Assembly: GCA_030704615.1 (NCBI GenBank)
Contig: CM060732.1
Span: 5,952,001 to 6,016,000 of the forward strand
DNA length: 64,000 nt
Source: Takakia lepidozioides
Taxonomy: Eukaryota; Plantae; Bryophyta
Reading direction: 5' to 3'
Shown: positions 1 to 10,462 of the stretch, in pieces
Layout of the letters: each line of letters starts with the position of its first letter
How positions within the stretch are numbered: the first letter of the stretch is position 1
The notes under the pieces: generated by a model
The model's database searches: none
Seen by the model: only the letters and a program-made list of their open reading frames with translations
Told to the model about the DNA's origin: nothing
Translations under genes and position numbers: made by a program

Positions 1-3000
1 CAGCCGTGTACATTGTCTTGTCATTGGAGGGGTCAGCCCATGAATAGATGAAGTCTGGGTCATCGCTAAGGTACTTTCCCGGTATGAGGATATGATACAT
101 ATACCTGAATCACATACAAAAAACCCAGACAGTCATTCGATCAGAAAACGAAAAAGAACACACATCCGGAAAAAGATATTGAAATGCAGGAAGGCAACAC
201 TGAGAATTCTACTTTTGAAATCCCGAATCAACCTTGCGTTGACGCAATGTTCATTCGAGCAGAAATGGGGAACACCAAATGATAATGTTGTATTGATAGA
301 GACAACGACTGAGAAGCGCAGTTCAACATTGCTTCAACGCAAGGTTGTTTTCATTCAGAGAGGAAATGGAAAACACTGCTTGAAAACTACCATCTGACTA
401 TGTACTGGTGCGGATATTCAACATTGCGTTGGCGCAATGTTGAAATCCTCTGTTGAAACACATGTCAATGCTATCTGATAATCATAAGTTTCCTACAATT
501 GTATTGAAATCAGGGGATGGCTGCGGGAAATTTCCAACAATCCATATCGCCAAACAACCTTGCGTCAACGCAAGTCTGTTTGTTGGTACAGTGAAAGTTG
601 TAAATAGCATTTCAAACCGACTCCAAACAGTCTTATGTTCATCTTGGCAGCATTGGAACTGGATTTGAACTGCCCAAAACCACAGGAAAAGCTACATAGC
701 CTGCCACTTCATCAACCTTGCGTTGACGCAAGGCTGATTTTCCTATCAGTTTATCCCCTTTCACATTCAGAAAAACGGCATTATGGGATACCCAGGTATA
801 GGTAAGTGAAACCAGGACAATGGGAAACAACCTTGCGTTAACGCAATGTTGCTCGACTGCACATGCAGAGCCCTCAGAGATCTCGCAAAGCACTGCAAAT
901 TCGCAATTCTTTATGGAAAGAACGACACAAGATTGCAGAAACATGCCCTTCAAGCACCAATTTTGATTCAAGGAGGTCACACCTGTACAACACTCGCTTC
1001 ATTGCTTGCTCGCTGTTGTACTGGTTTTTGAATTCGTAAGACCTGGAGATTTCTTTCTCTTTCTCAAACTCCCTGAAGAAGCAGTTGTTCCAGACAGCGA
1101 GCTTCCATCTCCTGATATAGGCCTCCAGTGTGATCCGGGGGCAAGCCATCTGGATTTTGTAGTCTGCCATCGACTCAGCAAGTGCAGCCACTGCACGTTT
1201 TTCTAACTGCAACAAGAAAGCTCGTAAGAATTTGGGAGAGGTTACGGAGCAACACAAATGTCTGAAAATGGTTTGGTTCAAACCTTACCTGGCTCCAGAA
1301 TGTGGCTTTGTGTAACCACTGGTCGAATGTGTGGTCGCTAACAACTCTTATTGCTTGTGTCTTCGGGTCCCTCTCTGGAGTTGGGAACATGTTCGTGTCT
1401 CTCACAAGAGGATCCGAATTCCATATCTCCAACCACCTGATTTTGGTTGCATTGTCCACCATTGAAATGGAAAGGCGATGTAGTTTCTCTTGAGTCATTT
1501 CTGGCTTGGAGCCATACTTGTCATAGTGTGCTTTCACCTGCTCCAGAAATTTCGTGCCAAGACCTGGGTCTGCTATCCGGATCTGTTTGTCGAATGCACT
1601 CATGAGGTTCTTCCTTTGATTTTTCATCTCGAACTTCATCATGTCCTCAAGCCCAGTTGCAGACCGCTGCTCTTCTGTGTGGGAATCATAGTACTCTGCT
1701 TTCGCCTTCAATCCAGTTTCTGCTATTTCTTGCTGCATACATAACAAGTAAAAAGAATCAAACACTGGAATTTCTTCACAAAATTTGCAGTAACAACAGG
1801 CAAACAGGTGTCAAAAAGCTTACAGTGTACATGTACTCAAGAAAAGCCTCCCTTGTCAAGCTGTACCATGTGCTTGTCTTCTTCTCAGCACATCTCTTCA
1901 TCTGCTGAGGACTGAGCACGTTCGTGAATGACTCCAGTGGCATCAGCCCTACCTTCTGGATGCGGAATAGAGTGTGGCACAGATTGGTCGTCACATGAGA
2001 TGTTTCATTGGACCTGGAAAAACCTTCAACTCATAAGATGATTTCAAATTGTCGAAACAAGGAACAGACACAAAGTTGGAAACTTACTTGTTTATGTCGT
2101 GCATGGCTGTCAAGAGCTGCGTGACACGTCCTTTGTGATCGAGAACCATGGAAACCACGCTCCAGTGCCATTCGATGTCGTCCGAGTGCAAGCTTGAAAT
2201 GTAATCCATCCAGGCAAGCAGTCTTTGGTTCCCATCCCAGACAAAAAACATCTTTCCCATGAATGCTTTTGTGGAGGCCTTTTTGGACAGCTTAAACTCG
2301 AACTCCCTGTTTACATCCCGCCAGCATGCATCCCAACCTTGCTCAATGTCCTCTGTTACAAGACACTCCTCTCCTTTCGTGTTCATAGTGGATACGTAGA
2401 ACACTGCTGATCCCTTGACATAGCCGTGAACAAAGTCGTTCTTCAACTTCGTTATATCATTCCTCAATGCCGGTCGAACATCGGGCATGGAGATCATCCT
2501 GCACAGCGGAATGACCAGGTTTTCGCCGGGAACCTCCATCGACAGAATCACCTTCGACGAGTTCACTTTCTGCCCACCAATTATCTCCTCGGCCTTGTCT
2601 TCATAGTTTCCCTCCAATGAGTCTTCCTCACCTTCACCTTCTGACGCGGCCAAATCTTCCCCCTTGGATTTTCTTTTTCTTTTCCTCTGCACAGAATGAA
2701 TTATCTGTGAGTGACAGATTGAGCACCCATGGATCAACATTGCTTTGACGCAAGGTTGATTGATGGGGATGTAGTTTAGACTGAAAGGCATACAGGAAAG
2801 ACTTTTGAAGCAAAAAAATGCTTTGCGTTGACGCAGGGTTCTTTTGGGAGCTTCAACTAATCAACTTTCCCTACCTTACAGTTCAGGGTACGAGAGATCG
2901 GATGCTTCCATTGAACACAAAAATCATCAAAACCAGCCTTGCGTCAACGCAATGTTGATTCCTGTGCGGCATCTGTTCGTTTTACTAGAAGTTCTAACAT

Positions 3001-3652
3001 ACACCATGGAGGTTGGCATCAACCTTGCGTTGACGCAAGGTTGATTGCGAGCTCTCGGATTGGTGTGAACAAACACAAAAGCTACAGGAAAAGGAGATTG
3101 CTGTCTCTTCTTCTTCTTCGAACTTGATGATGCGTCGCAAGCATCCATGTCTGTCTAGCTTGATTGTAGTGCAGCATCTGCACTGTTTTGATGCCCAATA
3201 TATACACTTAGGATGTCGACTTCAACCTTGCGTTGACGCAAGGTTGATGTCGACCTCAATGCTTAGCAAGAACCAGACAGAATCAGAGAGAGAGAAAGAG
3301 AGTTCATAGCCACCTCCGGTTTCTTCTTTGCACTTGATGATGCTCCTGACGCATTCAATCTTTCCATTTGGTCTAGAGGTAGCATGCTTCCAAGGAGGTC
3401 CCGATGGTGCGAAACAAGGGCAGACGGCATCATTTCCGCGTCCGTTTGTTCTCCCTGCTCTTTGAAGACCTGTTTCTCTACTCGCAGTTCTTTCTCCCGA
3501 GCCCAGCTCACTTCCTCGTCCTCCCCCCCTTCTATTGGAGGTTGCTCATCGGTCGCCTCCGGGATCACTTCAAGACCTTCCTCTCCACACTGCGGTTGCA
3601 GAATCCTGTTTTGCCCTTCGTCTTCCTCTACGCCGGATGTTTCTTCTCCCAT
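1..3652 (-). CDS. Spliced transposon accessory gene with ParB/Sulfiredoxin-like domain (continues past window edge; exon structure partial)
   Basis: Exon 2686-2088 is bounded by tgcag| and |gtaag and encodes IPLCRMISMPDVRPALRNDITKLKNDFVHGY...MFFVWDGNQRLLAWM (DG-x-x-R motif of the ParB/Srx fold). Further co-linear ORF segments at 3652-3263, 2013-1823, 1765-1288 and 1281-874. Confidence 0.6.
230..3254. repeat. Dispersed 22-bp palindrome AACCTTGCGT-NN-ACGCAAGGTT (11 copies)
   Basis: Copies start at 230, 325, 420, 556, 714, 829, 2736, 2819, 2935, 3021 and 3224. The last extends to a ~40-bp near-perfect palindrome (3215-3254). Confidence 0.95.
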
Positions 3653-4363
3653 TCTAAGTTCTCGTCTCGCCTTCCTTAGCGCGTGCCCTTTGCTTGTTTG
3701 ATGTGAAATAAAGTGTTCTTCGACGCTTGCTTCTCCCTCGGAATGGGGTCACCGTCTCTGCAGAATCCAGGGTTGCAAAGACAATAAGGAGAAGAGGGAA
3801 AAAAGAGGACTATGGGAGGTTCATCGCAAGACCTTCAACGCCAATATGTTCGCTCGCAACGTTCAGTGCGCCATTGACTCATTCCACATGCATGGCGAAC
3901 ACGTGTCCATCTAATCGTTATAAAATATCGGCGGAGATCATTGGATCCTCATCCATCCAAAAATCGTTGGGGTCTAATCACCACTCATCTGAAAAAGTTC
4001 ATTATTGGGCAATTTATTCTGGGATGTTCCAGAGGAATGTCAAGTATGTACAGTTGTACAGCGGTGCAAGTGCCGTTAAAATTAAATGGAAATGGGCATC
4101 TCTTCTGGCCTCTCTGACATGACAACCAAACGGCGGCTCTGTCAGTCAATCTGTCAACGAATGCACTGGTGGGGCACTTGTGAAAAAACAGTTGGATTCT
4201 AGGATTAGGGCTGACATTATGGACTCCGCATTTGGGCACTCTGTGACCATGCGCTTGGTTCGCATGGGGAGACATTTCACAGAAGTGGAAACCCGCATTA
4301 GGAGATCTGCAAGCCGGAGCGATACCTGCAATTCTCTGTGAGGACGCCAAAAAAGGGAGAGAT

Positions 4364-5647
4364 TTGTATGCGGCGACGGCCGATGACCTCATTCGTGCTC
4401 TGCAGCAGCAAACCAGATATAGGTCATTCTTGAGGGGTGGCCTTGGTGGCAAAGGTCCGGATAGGAGCGAGTTGATGTTGCGGGCAGCTGGAAGATCAGG
4501 GGATCCCAGCAAAATAGCGCGGGCAGTGAGCATATGTGCAGATGGCACCCCTCTCGTGGGAAGAGTTCCCCATCTGGAAGGCGAAGAGAGATTCGGGTCT
4601 TGCAAACGGAAATTGGACACCCCTCCGGGATCGGATGCAGATTCCCATAGGGCGGACATGGTGAACTTCTCGACGCCACGTGTTCCCTTGGATCAGAGAT
4701 GGAATTGCGGAACATCCACAAGTGAGGGCTACTCTGCCCCAGACCGGACCCCTGCATCAAGCATTGTCACTGCAATGGTTGAAGACCAGAACGTGGTGCC
4801 GCATATAATCGAGTCCATGGGCTTGGACGAGGTTTGGCATATAGAACGCACAAGTGCTGGATCTCGTGTGAAATGCGCGGCGATCAGGGCCACCAATCAT
4901 GAAAAATGTACATCATTAATCTCCAGAGGGAAAGAACGCACTGCAGCTCCTACATTCACGGGTTTGTTTCTCCCTTACGGACAAGACGAGGCAAAGAACC
5001 ACAAGTTCTGGTTCTGCGCTGACGATTGTGGGAGATGTGTGCATGGTACAGTGAGGCCTTCCGTGGTAAGGAAGCCTACTCCACCAACCGTGTGGCCTGT
5101 GAAGATGGGCACAGGTCTCACTCACCGAGAGATCGCAATGCTGGAAGAGGCGGGTTTCTCCCTAGCCAGACATTCCATTGCACGTGAAGGTGCTTCAAGT
5201 GGAAGCAGTTCACGGGTACCTCCGCCTGACGCTCACTTGTGGCCAACCAGACGGAATGGGAAGCTGGTTCGACGATTCCCTCCAACCGCAGAACACTACG
5301 GCAAAATTGAGTCCGCCAGAATGCTTCACGCTCGTGTTGCGGGAACAATGGAAGTGCCTGATCCAGGGTATGGTTGGGTCTTCACCATGATCTCATCCGC
5401 ATCTGCGCTGCAGGACAGGACATACGAAATCACTGTTTCCAATTTTTCCAATTGTACATGTCCTGATTTTGTTGGTATGCTTTCAAGTAGTTTGGGAAAG
5501 AGAGGGAAGTTCATACCGTGCAAACACCTTTACTTTGTCTTCTTGAGAAGGATGGTTTGTGATCCAAAGCGCGACTTCTTCATTCACCAAGCCACTACGA
5601 GTTTCAACGAAGTCAACACACTTCTACAGCGGGATACAAGCCCATAA
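4364..5647 (+). CDS. C-terminal part of a MULE-like transposase with SWIM zinc finger
   Basis: 427-aa ORF ending YEITVSNFSNCTCPDF...FIPCKHLYFVF (SWIM CxC...CxH) with an extra Cys cluster (KC...KC...FWFCADDCGRC). Homologous to the SWIM segments at 50339-50626 and 56180-56580. Confidence 0.7.
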   Translation: MYAATADDLIRALQQQTRYRSFLRGGLGGKGPDRSELMLRAAGRSGDPSKIARAVSICADGTPLVGRVPHLEGEERFGSCKRKLDTPPGSDADSHRADMVNFSTPRVPLDQRWNCGTSTSEGYSAPDRTPASSIVTAMVEDQNVVPHIIESMGLDEVWHIERTSAGSRVKCAAIRATNHEKCTSLISRGKERTAAPTFTGLFLPYGQDEAKNHKFWFCADDCGRCVHGTVRPSVVRKPTPPTVWPVKMGTGLTHREIAMLEEAGFSLARHSIAREGASSGSSSRVPPPDAHLWPTRRNGKLVRRFPPTAEHYGKIESARMLHARVAGTMEVPDPGYGWVFTMISSASALQDRTYEITVSNFSNCTCPDFVGMLSSSLGKRGKFIPCKHLYFVFLRRMVCDPKRDFFIHQATTSFNEVNTLLQRDTSP

Positions 5648-5829
5648 AAATCTGTGTTTTCCTTGACTACAACTTGTAATGGAATGACTGTTCAAGTCCA
5701 GTGACTCTCAATGTATGTCGTCTAACATCTTTGCTATGCGTGGGTCAATGCATTTGTCGCATTGGTTTGTCATTATCTTTTCATTAGCAAACACAAGAAA
5801 CTACCTTCAGATAGACAGATGATCAAATC

Positions 5830-6061
5830 AACCTCGTCTCAACACGAGGTTTACTTGAAGTTCTCCAAATCCTCCTTGTGTTGACACAAGGATGATTTTA
5901 GTTCTCAGAAAACAACATCGTGTCAACACGAAGTTCATTTTTGTTCCAGGAAAACAACCTCGTGTTAACACGAGGTTTTGTTGAAGTTCTCCAAATCCCC
6001 CTTGTGTCGACACGAGGTTCATTTCAGTTCTACGAAATGAAGCTTCTGTTAACAGAAGGTT
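5830..6061. repeat. Phased subterminal array of six 22-bp palindromes (AACCTCGTGT-NN-ACACGAGGTT type), 42-bp period
   Basis: Copies start at 5830, 5872, 5914, 5956, 5998 and 6040, separated by 20-bp related spacers. Confidence 0.95.
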
Positions 6062-7709
6062 GAACTCCAGGAAAGCCCAAAACCCTTCATCCGTTTCACC
6101 TTCATGTGGTGAAATCAGCAGTTGGGGGCTCCACGGTTATAGGCCCACCTTCTTTGTGGTGACGTGGCATGACCTGGACCAGGCTCACGCCACGTCAGCA
6201 TCAGCGCCATGTCAGCAGCGTGAGCGTAGGCTCACGCCACGTCATCATTGTGTGAGCGTACGCTCACACGCTCACGCGCCAGGCTCACGCGGTAGCGTCG
6301 TTGTCTCTCTTATCTTAGTATTGTTTGTGACTACAGCAGTGAAAAGCGACAATAGTCGAGCCAATAGTGAAACTTGAAAGTTGAAAATACAAAGGGTGTG
6401 GCTTAGTGTGGTAGTTAGTTCGAGAGGGTATAGTCAATTGGCTGGAGTAGCAAAATATTGAGGTAAATACTTAGTCAATCATTGGCGACCATACAGTGGG
6501 ATAGATGTGCTGATTTAAACAGGACCAAGAAAATGCCAACTAATGGCAGAATATGACGTGGAAAGTCGCGAGACGGATTGCAGCTGTTTACTTGGAGTTG
6601 AATTATCCGGACAAGATGCAATAAGAGCGAAGCGCCAGTAGTGTTGCGTACCTTCAGAGCGGAAATCGAGGGCCGGGATGACACACCAACATATATGGAC
6701 GAGATCAGGGCCAATTCGAAGGCGGTGACATTTTGGAAGAAGTATCCCGATCTCTTTTCCGACAAGAGGTGGACGAGATCTACTAGATAGCGGAGTACCA
6801 GGACTATTTGGAAGCACGCATCCACAGATTCGTGGCGGCGAGATCCAACGGACCAGCGTGGCGGCTCACTTTTGGAGCAGTTAGGCGAGAATTTCAATTG
6901 TCACTGCCTGGCGAAAATCACTACGTGAGGCAGTACGCTCTGCATAACAAGGAGGATGGTCCGTGGGCGCGGTTAGCCAATGACATTGTAAGAGTAAAAC
7001 TGGTAACGAGAAAAGCTCCTGGATTTGACAAATAGTTGATGGTTGGTAGTAAGTTGAAGAGAAAGTTGGGGAATGACTGGATGAATGGACAATCAGTAAT
7101 GAGAACGCGATGAAGATCACATGGATGGAAGTACATGAGAGCTGATGAATGAAGTGAAGGATTACTGGAAGGATGAACTGAATATGAACAGTCAGCATTG
7201 GAGGGCTTCGTTGATGGGAGCAAAGCTTTGTTCTTTGCCTAAGTGCAAAGGAGAGTGCCCAAGGACCAAAAAGGCACACGGCCTAAAGGATATGGGGGAC
7301 CTAAAGCCAAAGGCTAATCCCCTTAGAGCAGGCGGACCCCACGAGGTGGAGCAGCACGGCGCGTGTAGGGGGGGGGGGGGGGCAGGCTGCGTGGCAGCAC
7401 GCTCAGCCAGCCAATCGCGAAAACACCATCATTGGGGGCGAGGCAAACCAATGGTCCGCCCCTTTACCTCAGTTTTACCCCACGGTCCGCCACGCGGTGG
7501 TGGCCACTGGTGCCTCGACACGTGGCAGGTCCACGGGGCAGCGGCATTGACCGCGGGTGTGGGACCAAGGGTCCCGCGCCTTTGTTTTGGGGGGAGGGGG
7601 GGCTATGGGAAAAATACTTGGGGCACTTTTCCCTTCCATTTATTCTCGCATGCTTTACGGGGAATGTATAATTAGAGAGATTTAATTCTCGATTAGCTAG
7701 GGAGTTAGG

Positions 7710-9464
7710 TGTCATGGTTTTGTTTGTGATTAGTTAGAAATAGTTATATATAGCTAATTATGACTTTATACATTTATATTTGTATTTTGTGGACATTGGG
7801 ACTTCATTTGGGTCCACGTACCAAATGAGGTGGCGAACCTCATTTGGGACGTGGAGAGGTTATCTCCACGTGAGACTCAGGAAGGCTCGTCTTCTTCTAG
7901 TCGAGCCTCCCGTGGCCTCTCTCGTCGCCATAGCTTTAGAGCTTGAGCAATCGCGGAGCCAAAGCGGCGCAAACCCTAGCTTGGGAACGCGTGGGAACGC
8001 ATGACAACAGTGCCCCAGGCTGGGAACACCACTATTGAGCCATCGGATGAACTATTGAGCCTATGGATGAAAATTGGTGCACCTGGATGAAAAATCATTG
8101 CGGTGGATGAAAGTGCGCCAGCGGATGAAATCATGGCAGCGGATGAACAATTGTGCCATTGGATGAAAAATCACGGTGGCGGATGAAATTGTGGCAGCAA
8201 ATGAACAATCGCATCATCGGATGAAAAAATGCGGCGGCAAATGAAACTGCGCAGCGGATGAAATCGTGCCAACGGATGAACTATCGCGGTTTTGGATGAC
8301 AAATCGCGCCAGCAGATGATAATCGCGACGTCGGATGAAATCGCACCAGCGGATGAAATATCGGACTTGCGGATGAAAAATCGTGGTTTTGGATGATATT
8401 TGGTCAGCGACAGATGAAATATTGATTGCTAGTGAATATTTTTGTAGCCTTTTGGGGGCTTGTTTGAAGGACTGTTTGGGGTCTATTGAGGCCAATATTT
8501 TGCAGTCCTGTGGAGCCTTCTTGGGGCTGTTTGAAGGACTATTGGAGGTCCTTTGAGGCCAATATTTGGCAGATTTGTGGAACTTTTTAAGGGCTGTTTG
8601 GAGAACTATTGGAGGTCCTTGGAGGCCATATTGGGCAGCCCTGTGGAGTCATTTGAGGGTTGTTTGGAGGGCTGGTTGGCGTCCTTGGAGGCCACTATTT
8701 GACCAGCTCTTGGGCCTTTCGGTGACTGTTTGGAGCCCAAGTTTGCGGACTTCTTGAGCCTCGGTGGGTCTATGTGAGGGGCTGATTGAGGGCAAATTTC
8801 AGAAGTTCATGGCAATAATTTGAGGGCACTTTGAGAGTTATTTGAGAGGTCCTAGTCTTATCTATTGCTCAAGCAATAGTGTGTGTGAAGATATGGGGAG
8901 TAATGGGATGAGAGCATTCTGGGATGAGAGCATTCTGGGCTTAGAGATTGCTTTAGCTTCTCTTCTCCATAGTCTTCCGTCATTCTTGTAGGCCAAAGCT
9001 TTTCCATAAGCGGAGGGAGAGCTAGTTTGGATAGAAACTTTGTCATCTTGGAGGAGCTGCAATGAGATCGATTGATTTAAGGTGTGGGAGGTGTTGTTGT
9101 TTGAGTTTCATGTATTTGGATCCTCCTCCCACACATGCATGCTTGACTGTGCGTCATGCTAGTTTGGTTTGGGCGCTTGTTTTTATAGGTGGTTGGTCCG
9201 GATTTGATCACCGGCCAACCCTAAAGCGTGCTGTCGGTGGTGAGGCTAGGGTGATGACTAGCAAGACTATCATTGTTTCTCTTGTGGTGAGGCTGAGGTG
9301 ATGACCAGCCAACCATAGGAGTACTTGCGGCAGGTGCAGGTGCAGGTTTATGATAAGAACCTAGTATTCTAAACCATAAGCCGCAACAGATTCTCTACTC
9401 GGTTACCTTGTGGAAGGGGGTTTAGAGACAGGTTTACAACCGGTTTGAGTGTGAGTTTTTATCA
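7710..9464 (+). repeat. Putative 5' LTR (TG...CA); left boundary uncertain
   Basis: Begins TGTCATGG and ends TTATCA directly before the PBS-like sequence. Its last ~350 bp are clearly homologous to 49040-49393. Confidence 0.55.
8040..8720 (+). repeat. Minisatellites inside the LTR: ~20-bp GCGGATGAAA units (8040-8420) and ~55-60-bp units (8450-8720)
   Basis: Visible tandem degenerate repeats. Confidence 0.8.
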
Positions 9465-9479
9465 CGGAGGTGCCACCAG
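9465..9479 (+). promoter_or_regulatory. Primer-binding site, tRNA-Gln-like
   Basis: cGGAGGTgCCACCAG follows the LTR-terminal CA and resembles the complement of the eukaryotic tRNA-Gln 3' end (TGGAGGTTCCACCGAG). Confidence 0.5.
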
Positions 9480-9659
9480 TTGCTGATAAGAGTGTCGGTA
9501 GGAGCACCAGCGATACTAGTAGGTATACAAGACGAGGTGTGCGGTTCAAGTTACCTTCATCTTCAGTGTCTTTTGAGGAAGGTTCAGACTCGGAGTCAGG
9601 AGGATTCTCGCCGAGGGTGCAAGCCATTTTTGTGCCATTGTTGTGGGATACGATGGAGG

Positions 9660-10070
9660 AAATGTATGGAGCTACCAACCGGGGGCCTCGTCGGTACTAT
9701 GGAGCTGTGGGCACCATCGAGCTTGATGATTTCATATAGGAGTTTGATAGTTGGTGTGATTTGCAGCAGATGCGCATTCCACAACTGTTTACGTCTTTTA
9801 TGGCGTGGAAGGGGTTGTTCCAACATCTTGAGGGGCTGCCCATGGATGACTATCATGAGTTTAGGCGGGAGAATGCACGATGGATTACACACCATGAACT
9901 CTTCATTCGATTGCAACCAGATCATCCTATAGATGGCTCTATCATGAGAGCTAAAGCCATTGTTACAGACGCGATGTCCTATGATGTGCTTTTTGGTGGG
10001 GCTGTGCTATACCCGATGGGATTCACTCTGGACTTTTGGGAAGAAACGACATCCTACAGGATGGAATGGC
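9660..10070 (+). pseudogene. gag N-terminal remnant joined by internal deletion to an aspartic protease C-terminal remnant
   Basis: ELDDFI*EFDSWCD...LFQHLEG (gag-like) followed by AIVTDAMSYDVLFGGAVLYPMGFTLDFW (retropepsin C-terminal DxLxG-like). Same reading frame as the DNMT. Confidence 0.6.
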
Positions 10071-10462
10071 AGTCAGGGGATGGCCGACGTGCATTGCTCC
10101 CAGTGCGATTTATTGGGAATATAACGGTGGATCATAGAAATATGATGCCCACATTGGCTGCATTCTAAGGGGTGGTGACTTCGGGTGATGAGCTCTTGGA
10201 GGGAAATAACCATGCATATGATAGGTCACCACCTGATGAGGATAAACAATTGGCATACAAGACTGAGTTGCTTCCTATGCCTGTGCATATTCCATTATGG
10301 GGTACGATTGGGAATTTGCATCGAGTAGCAGGCGAGTGTGTGCAACAAGCATGGCAGGAGGCATTTCCATCGGTGGGTGAAGGGAGTTCAGTGACATCAC
10401 CTAGACCTCCTCAGTTAGCTCTTTTGGACACAATGTCCATTACCTGACAACCACCTGACTCA

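Larger units (their letters stand above)
1..6309 (+). mobile_element. Mutator-like DNA transposon copy 1 (left end outside window), internally deleted transposase plus divergent accessory gene
   Basis: Contains the SWIM ORF 4364-5647, an antisense spliced gene and palindrome arrays. The right end has GCTCAC repeats and ends ...gctcacgcggtagcgtcgttgtctctc; its reverse complement (GAG...GCTACCGCGTGAGC) resembles the termini at 39417, 46912/48198, 49403 and 57483. Confidence 0.65.

Noticed and set aside
2088-2686. Bacterial or plasmid parB contamination
   Set aside because: The exon has canonical spliceosomal boundaries and is embedded in eukaryotic TE sequence; no parA is visible.
5830-6061. 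CRISPR-like repeat-spacer array (also 47250-47930 and 53240-53830)
   Set aside because: Spacers are short and related to one another, repeats vary, there are no cas genes, and the context is a eukaryotic transposon.
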